From Gammaproteobacteria bacterium (lineage in GTDB: Bacteria; Pseudomonadota; Gammaproteobacteria; Methylococcales; Methylomonadaceae), in the NCBI GenBank assembly GCA_024276805.1, contig JAJRWJ010000240.1:1-32678 (forward strand): a stretch of 32,678 nt of DNA. Reading direction: 5' to 3'. Shown one piece after another: positions 9,074 to 16,436 of this stretch. Position 1 is the first letter of the stretch. Each line of letters starts with the position of its first letter. The notes beneath the pieces are model-generated. The model made no database searches. It worked only from the letters and a program-made list of their open reading frames with translations, and was not told where the DNA came from. The translations under genes were made by a program, and so were the position numbers.

Positions 9074-9907
9074 TCAGGCAGCCTGTTCGTCCACTGAAAA
9101 CAGATGTACATCCGTTTGCGGATAGGGAATCGAAATTCCGGCAGCATCAAAGGTAATTTTTATATTCTCCAACATCGCGGCTCGCACATTCCAGTAGTCC
9201 GCAGACTCCACCCACGGCCGCACCGCCAGATTCACGCTGCTGTCGGCCAACTCCGCAACCATCACCACCGCAGCCGGATCCTTCAGAATACGCTCATCGG
9301 CCGCCATCACTTCCTCTATCAACTGCTTGGCCTGACGGATATCATCGTCATAACCGATGCCGAATATCAGATCGATACGGCGCGTATCACGGGCGCTGAA
9401 ATTGACAATGGTGCCACCATAGATCTGCCCGTTGGGCACCGTAATCTCGCGGTTATCCCCGGTTTTCAACAGCGTGCTGAAAATACGGATCGATTCCACC
9501 ACTCCCGTCACACCACCTGCTTCGATGAAATCGCCGAGCTTGAAAGGCTTGAACAGCACCAGCATCACCCCTGCCGCCAGATTGCCCAGTGAATCTTTCA
9601 GTGCCAGACCTATAGCGAGACCGGCGGTTGCAAAGATGGCCATCACTGATGTGGTATCCACGCCCAGCTGATCCAGCGCCGCAATGATAACCACGATCAA
9701 CAGCGCGGCATAAATCAGGTTGCCGAGAAAATCGACCAGAGACTCATCCATGCCACCCTTTTTCATCAGGCGCCCCACCGCGTTGGTCACCGCTCGCGCA
9801 ATCCAGCGCCCGACAATGAAAATGACCAATGCCAAAACAAGATTAACGGCCCAGGGGATAATGTAGGTACCCAGATAATCTACATCGGAATTAAGAAATG
9901 CATCCAT
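9074..9907 (-). CDS. mscS: Small-conductance mechanosensitive channel (MscS family)
   Basis: 277 aa with three N-terminal TM segments, then ...GLALKDSLGNLAAGVMLVLFKPFKLGDFIEAGGVTGVVESIRIFSTLLKTGDNREITVPNGQIYGGTIVNFS. This is the conserved MscS pore-helix/beta-domain signature. Confidence 0.9.
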   Translation of the reverse strand: MDAFLNSDVDYLGTYIIPWAVNLVLALVIFIVGRWIARAVTNAVGRLMKKGGMDESLVDFLGNLIYAALLIVVIIAALDQLGVDTTSVMAIFATAGLAIGLALKDSLGNLAAGVMLVLFKPFKLGDFIEAGGVTGVVESIRIFSTLLKTGDNREITVPNGQIYGGTIVNFSARDTRRIDLIFGIGYDDDIRQAKQLIEEVMAADERILKDPAAVVMVAELADSSVNLAVRPWVESADYWNVRAAMLENIKITFDAAGISIPYPQTDVHLFSVDEQAA

Positions 9908-10175
9908 AGGAAGAAACCCCTTATTGTTAGCTTATTAGAAAAGTTAAAGAAAACTCGAAAATATCTAAATGTGGAATATGCCCACGAATAATAGCATTTT
10001 GCGCCACGTAAAATAACAGAAAAATTAAATAATCAGAGCGATGCGTCTATAAAGAGTTTTTTGAGAAAGACCCACCAAATGTCAGAAATGACACATTAGT
10101 TTTGGCCCCATCTAACTGCATATATAAGACATAAACAGAAGTCATGTCGGCATGACATGCCTTCGCCGAAACAAT

Positions 10176-10201
10176 AAAAAAGGCCACCCTGATGGGTCGC
10201 C
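10176..10201 (-). terminator. Rho-independent-type terminator downstream of tRNA-Ser
   Basis: On the minus strand the hairpin is GGCGACCC-ATCA-GGGTGGCC (7 of 8 pairs), followed by TTTTTTATTG. It sits 10 nt after the tRNA CCA end. Confidence 0.5.
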
Positions 10202-10210
10202 CTTTTAGTT

Positions 10211-10300
10211 TGGCGGAGAGGGAGGGATTCGAACCCTCGGAACGCTCGCGCGTTCACTTGATTTCGAGTCAAGCCCATTCGGCCTCTCTGGCACCTCTCC
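10211..10300 (-). tRNA. tRNA-Ser (anticodon CGA), long variable arm, encoded CCA
   Basis: The reverse complement reads GGAGAGGTGCCAGAGAGGCCGAATGGGCTTGACTCGAAATCAAGTGAACGCGCGAGCGTTCCGAGGGTTCGAATCCCTCCCTCTCCGCCA. The acceptor stem GGAGAGG pairs with CCTCTCC. The anticodon stem CTTGA/TCAAG carries loop CTCGAAA, giving anticodon CGA. The T-arm GAGGGTTCGAATCCCTC and a long extra arm are typical of class II Ser tRNAs. Confidence 0.9.
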
Positions 10301-10313
10301 GAACAAGACGCAT

Positions 10314-10342
10314 AGGATACGCGGTATCGATTATGCGCTCAA
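10314..10342 (-). promoter_or_regulatory. Possible sigma70-type promoter for tRNA-Ser
   Basis: The minus strand reads TTGAGC (10342-10337), a 17-nt spacer, then TATCCT (10319-10314). This is about 13 nt upstream of the mature tRNA 5' end. It is a motif match only. Confidence 0.3.
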
Positions 10343-10509
10343 TACATACCACACTACCCAACCATTACTTCAACTTTCAGGCCAGAAATAGACGTAAGAA
10401 GTCAACCCATGTCTCGGTATCGGCATTTTTACAGCCTTTCAGCTATCAGTAGCGATGACAGCGGGAGAAACCAGCAGAAAAACCACGACGCACAACATCA
10501 GACGATAAT

Positions 10510-11046
10510 TCAGCCTCTCTCGCCCGGCATTTTGCGCCGTGCGCGAAAAAACTGCCGCAGCATGTCACTGCATTCCTCGGCCAACACCCCGCCCTGTACG
10601 CTCACTTGATGATTCAACGGCGTATTCTCTAACAAGGAAAAGACACTGCCAGCAGCACCAGCGCGCGGGTCTGTGGCGGCGTACACCACGCGGGCAACCC
10701 GCGCGTGAACAATGGCGCCAGCGCACATCACACAGGGCTCCAGGGTCACGTACAAGGTGGTGCCGGTGAGACGATAATTCGCAGCGGTCAGCCCCGCCGC
10801 ACGCAGGGCCATGATCTCGGCATGCGCAGTCGGGTCGTGAGCGCCGATGGGCTGATTCCAGCCTTCGGCCAGCAAGCTGTTGTCGCGCACGATAACGGCG
10901 CCCACAGGCACCTCGCCCGAGGTCTCGGCGCGTTGCGCCAGCGCCATGGCGTGGCGCATCCACTGCTGGTCGCGCGGTGTACCGTTGGTGAAATCCTGGC
11001 TAATCGAAGTTGTCCGGCTTTCCAAAACCGCCCGCCCTATTCCCAC
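10510..11046 (-). CDS. tadA: tRNA-specific adenosine deaminase TadA
   Basis: WMRHAMALAQRAETSGEVPVGAVIV...GWNQPIGAHDPTAHAEIMALRAAG...YRLTGTTLYVTLEPCVMCAGAIVHARVARVVYAATDPRAGAAGS carries the HAE and PCxxC deaminase motifs and is colinear with E. coli TadA. The true start is uncertain: the track start is a GTG at 11046, and TTG 11025 or ATG 10959 are alternatives. Confidence 0.9.
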   Translation of the reverse strand: MGIGRAVLESRTTSISQDFTNGTPRDQQWMRHAMALAQRAETSGEVPVGAVIVRDNSLLAEGWNQPIGAHDPTAHAEIMALRAAGLTAANYRLTGTTLYVTLEPCVMCAGAIVHARVARVVYAATDPRAGAAGSVFSLLENTPLNHQVSVQGGVLAEECSDMLRQFFRARRKMPGERG

Positions 11047-11170
11047 TCGATTGTAAATAAGCCATTATTACACTTCATTTTCAATGACTTAGCTGTTGGG
11101 GGTAGTGAAAATACGATGACAAATACCATGTTCAGAAATTCCTGCCAATCGCGACTGAAAACGATTGCCC
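11042..11170 (+). repeat. Island repeat copy R1 (lacks the left flank; abuts or overlaps the tadA 5' end)
   Basis: CCCACTCGATTGTAAATAAGCCATTATTACACTTCATTTTCAATGACTTAGCTGTTGGGGGTAGTGAAAATACGATGACAAATACCATGTTCAGAAATT, followed by CCTGCCAATCGCGACTGAAAACGATTGCC. It aligns by eye with R2, R4 and R5. Confidence 0.8.
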
Positions 11171-11277
11171 CAATAAAGGTTTCACGGTCTTCCCCGGTTT
11201 ACAGGCGCCTTACGCCCCATTTGGGGTTCTCCTGATTTTCCGCCCCTACTTTCCGTAATTTACGATATCATACCCGC

Positions 11278-11382
11278 ATGAATTCGCCATCCCTGTATCC
11301 CCGCTGGATAAAACCACGAATTGACGAAGCCTTACTGGATACGCCAGTGATTCTGCTTGCAGGGTCACGCCCGGTGGGGTAA
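11278..11382 (+). pseudogene. 34-codon N-terminal fragment of an AAA (AAA_14/DUF4143-type) ATPase gene
   Basis: ATG 11278 gives MNSPSLYPRWIKPRIDEALLDTPVILLAGSRPVG*. It resembles the N-terminus of DUF4143-family ATPases (R.....l..aL.d.pvvlL.G.RQ.GK[ST]TL). It stops inside the Walker A, directly abutting the GTG start of the next gene. Confidence 0.4.
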
Positions 11383-13635
11383 GTGGCTACAGGCATTTCC
11401 AAGGCTAAATTGAGCGCGCCGCGGCTGAGCAGAACCTACGCGCGCATACGCTTGTTCGAGCAGCTCGACGCTGTCCGGCATGCGCCATTGATCTGGCTCT
11501 CGGCCCCGGCCGGCGCGGGAAAGACTTCTCTGGTTGCCAGTTGGCTCAAAGACAGGGGGGATAGCGCCCAGTGGTGCCGGATAGACGAGGGTGACGCCGA
11601 TGTCGCCACGTTTTTCTACTACCTCGGCCAATTGGACATAGAGGCAGGCAGCCCTCTACCCCTGCTGACCCCGGAGTATCTGGCCAGCCTGCCGATTTTT
11701 ACACGCAACTTTTTCCGCGAGCTGTTTTCGCGAATCAAGCCCCCCGGCGTGCTGGTGCTGGACAATTTTCAGGACGCAGAGGTAGCGGAAACCCTGTACG
11801 AGCTGCTGGCGGTGGGCTGTAGCGAGATTCCCGCCGGAATCAATGTCATCGTCATTAGCCGTGAAGATCCGCCACCGGCCTTCGCCCGCTTCCGGGCCAA
11901 CGGTGCCCTCGCTCCGATAGGCTGGGATCAGCTCCGGCTGACTATGCAAGAGAGCCGCGCCATCGCCCACCTCTACGTCGAGCTCCCGCTGGGTGACACC
12001 GACGCCCAGGCCCTGCACGCGAAAATTGATGGCTGGGTGGCGGGGCTGGTGTTGCTGGCAGGGCAAGACGCCCCTTCCCTCTCGGCGAAAACAGGGCGAC
12101 CGGAACTACAATCGCAAGCTATGTCCGACTACTTCGCGACCGAGATTTTTCAGCAGGTTGATCAAGACACCCAACACTTGCTCACCCGCACGGCCCTGCT
12201 GCCCCGGGTCAGCCCTGCGGCAGCACAGACCCTTAGCAGACTTGATGACGCAGCCACCCTCCTGGAGGCCGTGTATCGCAGGAATTTCTTCACCGTGCAG
12301 CACCCCGGCCCGGTGTACGAATATCACCCCTTGTTTCGCGCCTTTCTGCGCCAACGCCTCATCCAGAGTCTGCTTGTTGAAGAATTGACCAACCTCTACC
12401 GACAGGCAGCACAGTGGCTGGTGGATGACGATCAAGTACCCGAGGCCGTCGACTTATTATTAGAGGCCGAAGCCTGGGAAGTCGCTGCGCCCCTGATCCT
12501 GCAACAGGCTCAGGGCCTGCTCGGCCAAGGGCGCGGGGCAGCTCTGGTGCGCTGGCTGGACATGCTACCTGATGCGCTCGTGCAAGAAGCCCCCTGGCTG
12601 TTGTTCTGGCGCGGCATGGGCGAGATGGCAACGAACCCGGCTGCGGCCCGCCGTCACCTGGAGCGGACCTATGTCCGGTTCAAGGCCGATGGTGAGTTCA
12701 ACGGCCAGATATTGAGCTGGTCGACGTTGGTAGACAGTTTCCTCTTCGAGTGGAGTTGTCTGGTAGGGCTGGATCACTGGATTTCCGAGGCAAGAGAGCT
12801 TGCCGCCACCAGGCTAGACGCCCTGCCCCAAAATACGCAAGACCACTTCACCTGCGGCTTGTTCATTGCCTTGATGTTTCGTCAACCTCAACATCCGGAT
12901 CTGAGCCAGTGGGCGAACCGCACCCAACAAATCGTGGTTCACGGCCATGACCCCAGGCTACGCGCCAAGGTGGCCCCCTTTGTGGTGATGTACTACACCA
13001 CGGCCAATCGTAAGCAGGCGGGGGTGGTGCTCGACGCCCTGCGAAGCATAATGAATCGGCCGGATCAGCCACCCATGGTGGAGATCGCCTGGGCGGCCAC
13101 GGAGGGATTTTTCCAGACAGCCGGCGGCGACGTTTGTGAGGCGGCAGAACGTCTGCATGCTGGTCTGTCGGTGAGCGCGGCGGCAGGAATTCGGACCTGG
13201 GAGACGCTTTTGCTCAGCCAGGCCGCCATTGCCTCCCTGGTGCGGGGCGGTTCGGCGGAGGATTATTTGCAGCAGATGCGTCACTTGTTGGTTGACGAGC
13301 GTTACCTGGACTGGAGTGTGTATCACTACATCATGGCCTGGCAGGCACTGTCAGAGAATCATGCAGAGATAGCCCTGGCACAGGCACAGTTGAGTGAGAG
13401 CTATCGTTCCATGTCTGGCACGGTACGGTTTGAAATTTACCTGCAGGTAATGCAGGCCCAGTGCCTGTTTGCCCGTGGTGATCAGGCGCAAGCGCTGGCG
13501 CTTATCGAGACCTCTGTGCTGCACGTTGGTTGGCAGAAGGGCACCCGGTCTGCCTTGTCGGCATGGCCAAGGCCTGGTTCGAATACCAACAGGGGAAGGA
13601 ATCGGCCTGTCTGGCGACCCTGCACAGGACGCTGA
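11383..13635 (+). CDS. MalT/LuxR-type STAND NTPase plus helical (TPR-like) region; probably the N-terminal part of a frameshifted regulator
   Basis: KLSAPRLSRTYARIRLFEQLDAVRHAPLIWLSAPAGAGKTSLVASWL...WCRIDEGDADVATFFYYL is the MalT-like N-terminus with a Walker A. VLVLDNFQD is the Walker B. The last roughly 37 aa (VGWQKGTRSALSAWPRPGSNTNRGRNRPVWRPCTGR) look out of frame. Confidence 0.75.
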   Translation: MATGISKAKLSAPRLSRTYARIRLFEQLDAVRHAPLIWLSAPAGAGKTSLVASWLKDRGDSAQWCRIDEGDADVATFFYYLGQLDIEAGSPLPLLTPEYLASLPIFTRNFFRELFSRIKPPGVLVLDNFQDAEVAETLYELLAVGCSEIPAGINVIVISREDPPPAFARFRANGALAPIGWDQLRLTMQESRAIAHLYVELPLGDTDAQALHAKIDGWVAGLVLLAGQDAPSLSAKTGRPELQSQAMSDYFATEIFQQVDQDTQHLLTRTALLPRVSPAAAQTLSRLDDAATLLEAVYRRNFFTVQHPGPVYEYHPLFRAFLRQRLIQSLLVEELTNLYRQAAQWLVDDDQVPEAVDLLLEAEAWEVAAPLILQQAQGLLGQGRGAALVRWLDMLPDALVQEAPWLLFWRGMGEMATNPAAARRHLERTYVRFKADGEFNGQILSWSTLVDSFLFEWSCLVGLDHWISEARELAATRLDALPQNTQDHFTCGLFIALMFRQPQHPDLSQWANRTQQIVVHGHDPRLRAKVAPFVVMYYTTANRKQAGVVLDALRSIMNRPDQPPMVEIAWAATEGFFQTAGGDVCEAAERLHAGLSVSAAAGIRTWETLLLSQAAIASLVRGGSAEDYLQQMRHLLVDERYLDWSVYHYIMAWQALSENHAEIALAQAQLSESYRSMSGTVRFEIYLQVMQAQCLFARGDQAQALALIETSVLHVGWQKGTRSALSAWPRPGSNTNRGRNRPVWRPCTGR

Positions 13636-14513
13636 CCACCACCACCGCCGGTACCGGTGATTATACCTGCAGCCTGTTGTCGCAACAGCAGGCGACTCTA
13701 TACAGCCTTGCGCTGGCGCATGGCATCGAAACCAGGTATGTGCGGCGCATGATCCGCAAACTGTGCCTGACACTGGCTGAGCCGCAGCAGGCCCCCGAAA
13801 ACTGGCCCTTCCCGATCAGAGTTTATACCCTGGGGCGCTTCAGCCTGTTGATTGATGGCCAGAGCCAGATAGCGGGTAAGCGAGCCCAGGCGAAACCGCT
13901 GGAACTCCTGAAGCTGCTGATTGCGCTGGGCGGACGTGACATCAGTGATGCCAGGCTGGAAGGGGCCCTGTGGCCGGACGCCGAGGGCGACGCCGCCCAC
14001 CGTGCCCTGATCACCAATCTGCAACGCCTGCGCAAGCTGCTGGGCCTGGCGGGGGCCATTGACTATACCGATGGCCGTCTGAGCCTGAACGCGCGTCATT
14101 GCTGGGTGGATATGTGGGCCTTTGAGCGTACCGTGGCGCAAGCGGAGCAACAGGAACGGGCGCAGGAAATCTACAAAGGCGCCTTTCTCGCCGAAGACAA
14201 CGATCAGCCCTGGCTGTTGACCGCCCGGGAGCGCTTGCAACGCAAGTTCCTTCGGAGCCTCAGCGACCTTGGCGCACAGTACAGCGCTGACAGCAACTGG
14301 GACAAGGCCATCGACCTCTACCAGCACGGCCTCGATATCGACGACACGGCCGAGGTGTTCTACCAGGGCCTGATGCAGGCCTACGCCCGGCAAGGCCAGC
14401 GGGCCGAAATGGAAAAAACCTACCAGCAGTGCCGGCGGGTCCTGTCCGCACGGTTCGACACCAGCCCCTCGCCACAAACCATAACCCTGTATCAACAGCT
14501 GTGTGAAAAATAA
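13530..14513 (+). CDS. SARP-type winged-helix DNA-binding plus BTAD domain; probably the C-terminal part of the same regulator
   Basis: IRVYTLGRFSLLIDGQSQIAGKRAQAKPLELLKLLIALGGRDISDARLEGALWPD...LRKLLG is an OmpR/SARP wHTH. VDMWAFERTV...YKGAFLAEDNDQPWLLTARERLQRKFLRSLSDLG...AIDLYQHGLDIDDTAEVFYQGLMQAYARQGQRAEMEKTYQQCRRVL is BTAD. The ORF overlaps the previous one by 106 nt in a different frame. Confidence 0.75.
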   Translation: MAEGHPVCLVGMAKAWFEYQQGKESACLATLHRTLTTTTAGTGDYTCSLLSQQQATLYSLALAHGIETRYVRRMIRKLCLTLAEPQQAPENWPFPIRVYTLGRFSLLIDGQSQIAGKRAQAKPLELLKLLIALGGRDISDARLEGALWPDAEGDAAHRALITNLQRLRKLLGLAGAIDYTDGRLSLNARHCWVDMWAFERTVAQAEQQERAQEIYKGAFLAEDNDQPWLLTARERLQRKFLRSLSDLGAQYSADSNWDKAIDLYQHGLDIDDTAEVFYQGLMQAYARQGQRAEMEKTYQQCRRVLSARFDTSPSPQTITLYQQLCEK

Positions 14514-14539
14514 TCGGCCAACGGTGGGTGGGCACCCTG

Positions 14540-16423
14540 TCATACTGTTGCAAGGCTTCCCCTTCTTGCCCATTCAAGCGGGTTCGAACCGGTGTTGAAT
14601 TCCATTGTATCGTTGACACCATCAAAGTCGGTGTCTTCCGCAATGGGGTTTGTCCCTTCGGCAAATTCACGCCAGTTGGGTGTGCCGTCCCCATCCGGGT
14701 CTTCTGAGGCGTTTGGTGTTTGTGGGTCAAATCCGTAGTTGATTTCCCATCTATCCGGCAGGCCATCAAAATCCGAGTCTAGGGCGACGTTGACGGTAAC
14801 AGTCGTTGAGCTCTGCAGGCCGTTACTGTTTGTTGCCAAGAAGGTGATGCGGTGTTGCCCTTCAGCCAAACCGGAGATTGTTGCCCGTGTGCCATGGCCG
14901 ACTGTTTTGCCATCAAGCTGCCACTCCAGTTGCGATCTGGAAAGCGGACCATCCAACCGATCAAATGCCTGTCCCATCAGCGCAATGTCTTGCCATGAGG
15001 TAAGCGTGGCGCCATCAGCGGGATTCAGCAACAGTAGTTGCGGTGGCTTGGCGGCGATTTCTGTTTGGGTGCTCTGGCGTGTATCAGTTACAGTTGTCTC
15101 CGGCCCCGCTTTATTCGCAGTAGCCGTAGCAGCGCCATTCAACCAGGTTCGAATGCCATTCCAGGTATAGAGGGAAGTCCATATGAGCCCCCTGTCTGTT
15201 GGATAAGACATATCCATATTGTTATTCCCTCCGTACGACATATAGTCGTGCGTGTGTCCGCCGCTGCCATCAACGGGTGGTATTGCTTGCATGGCGAAAA
15301 TATCGAAACCATAGGCGTTTGCTTCAATCGCTCCGTGCGGGTCAGGATATAACGGGTCGATAGGCGGAAGTTCACCATCGCTACTCCCGGCATGGGCCAG
15401 GGCAGGCCCTGCATGTCCCGATTCTTGCGCAAGCAGTGTAGTACAGGACGTAAGCCAATAATCCGGAGCGGTACCAACCCCCGCCAACCCCCGGCACCCC
15501 ATTCTGTCGCCCACAAAATCGATCGAGTCCGGGTGATTGATGGCTGGCACCATGGTATAGCCACCGGCTACCAGCCCAAGCTCTGCACTCCTGGCGCGCA
15601 TCTGGTCTTCCACCGAGACCGGTACGTTCGCGTCTGTGCCGGTATAGGGATTGATACAGCTTTGGCCGTTCGGAACGCAGGTGTCCACATAATAGGTGCC
15701 GAAGAGCTGCATCTCCGGAATGGGCCATGTCTTGTAAACGTAACTGATCACATTGGCTACTTCACTGCTGCTTGGCTGAAGCCTGGTCACCGTGCCATCA
15801 CTTGCAACACTGGCCCACCGCAAGATGTAGGGAATACACGTCGCCTGATTTGCCACCGTCGTAAAGCGTGTGCCGGACAATGTGACGCTGTTGTTATCGC
15901 TACAACCGTCACACTCTGCGACATATTGATCCCCGCTCGGGTTTGCCTCGGCCACCAAACGAATCTCGCCGCCAACTGTCCAGGAGTATGGCAAGACGAA
16001 GTTCCAGGAGCGTGCGGCTTCGTCTCTTAGATAAGACAGATTTGTATATGACGAGTGAATAAAGAGCGTGGTGTTTTGAGGCGTGAGGGGTGAACCCGGC
16101 AATTCAGTACCATCGCCTGCAAAGCCCCGCAGGCGGGCCGAAAGCGAGTATGCAGGTGTGCCGGTATAGATACGCATCCAGGGATAAACCCGAACGATGG
16201 TGCGACGCTCGGCCACATGGAAGCCGTTGCTTCGAAACGAGGCGTCTTCTGCAAGGTAACTGAACGCATCGGGTGGAACACGGCTGGGGATATCCCCACG
16301 AATGCCTTGCGTGACTTCCATGGCCTGAATCTGCACATCAAATCCGTCACTGGGGCTGTCCACGCCATTATCGTTGCCACATCCGGCCAAGCCCATGACA
16401 ACAAACAGGATAAATATCCTCAT
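14540..16423 (-). CDS. Lipoprotein with a metzincin-like (degenerate) region, an Ig-like segment and C-terminal thrombospondin-type-3 calcium-binding repeats
   Basis: MRIFILFVVMGLAGCGN has a lipobox (LAGC), and GGAG lies 9 nt upstream of the ATG. QESGHAGPALAH and HTHDYMSYG resemble, but do not match, HExxHxxGxxH and the D.MSY of pappalysin/M43-like peptidases. The C-terminal DSDFDGLPDRWE...DPDGDGTPNWREF...DTDFDGVNDTMEF are DxDxDG repeats. Confidence 0.75.
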   Translation of the reverse strand: MRIFILFVVMGLAGCGNDNGVDSPSDGFDVQIQAMEVTQGIRGDIPSRVPPDAFSYLAEDASFRSNGFHVAERRTIVRVYPWMRIYTGTPAYSLSARLRGFAGDGTELPGSPLTPQNTTLFIHSSYTNLSYLRDEAARSWNFVLPYSWTVGGEIRLVAEANPSGDQYVAECDGCSDNNSVTLSGTRFTTVANQATCIPYILRWASVASDGTVTRLQPSSSEVANVISYVYKTWPIPEMQLFGTYYVDTCVPNGQSCINPYTGTDANVPVSVEDQMRARSAELGLVAGGYTMVPAINHPDSIDFVGDRMGCRGLAGVGTAPDYWLTSCTTLLAQESGHAGPALAHAGSSDGELPPIDPLYPDPHGAIEANAYGFDIFAMQAIPPVDGSGGHTHDYMSYGGNNNMDMSYPTDRGLIWTSLYTWNGIRTWLNGAATATANKAGPETTVTDTRQSTQTEIAAKPPQLLLLNPADGATLTSWQDIALMGQAFDRLDGPLSRSQLEWQLDGKTVGHGTRATISGLAEGQHRITFLATNSNGLQSSTTVTVNVALDSDFDGLPDRWEINYGFDPQTPNASEDPDGDGTPNWREFAEGTNPIAEDTDFDGVNDTMEFNTGSNPLEWARRGSLATV

Positions 16424-16436
16424 TGGGTTGATCTCC

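Noticed and set aside
10439-10498. 19-codon hydrophobic mini-ORF (MLCVVVFLLVSPAVIATDS) on the minus strand between tadA and tRNA-Ser
   Set aside because: It is too short and has no SD, and nothing in the window supports it. A type I toxin-like idea cannot be supported from sequence alone.
13698-14573. 291-aa minus-strand ORF opposite the BTAD region, and the other long antisense ORFs (31715..32623 +, 30010..30663 +, 7789..8313 +, 6313..6834 +, 12958..13326 -)
   Set aside because: All lie antisense to ORFs with clear domain signatures. They have the R/G/P/Q-rich shadow-ORF composition typical of moderately GC-rich DNA.
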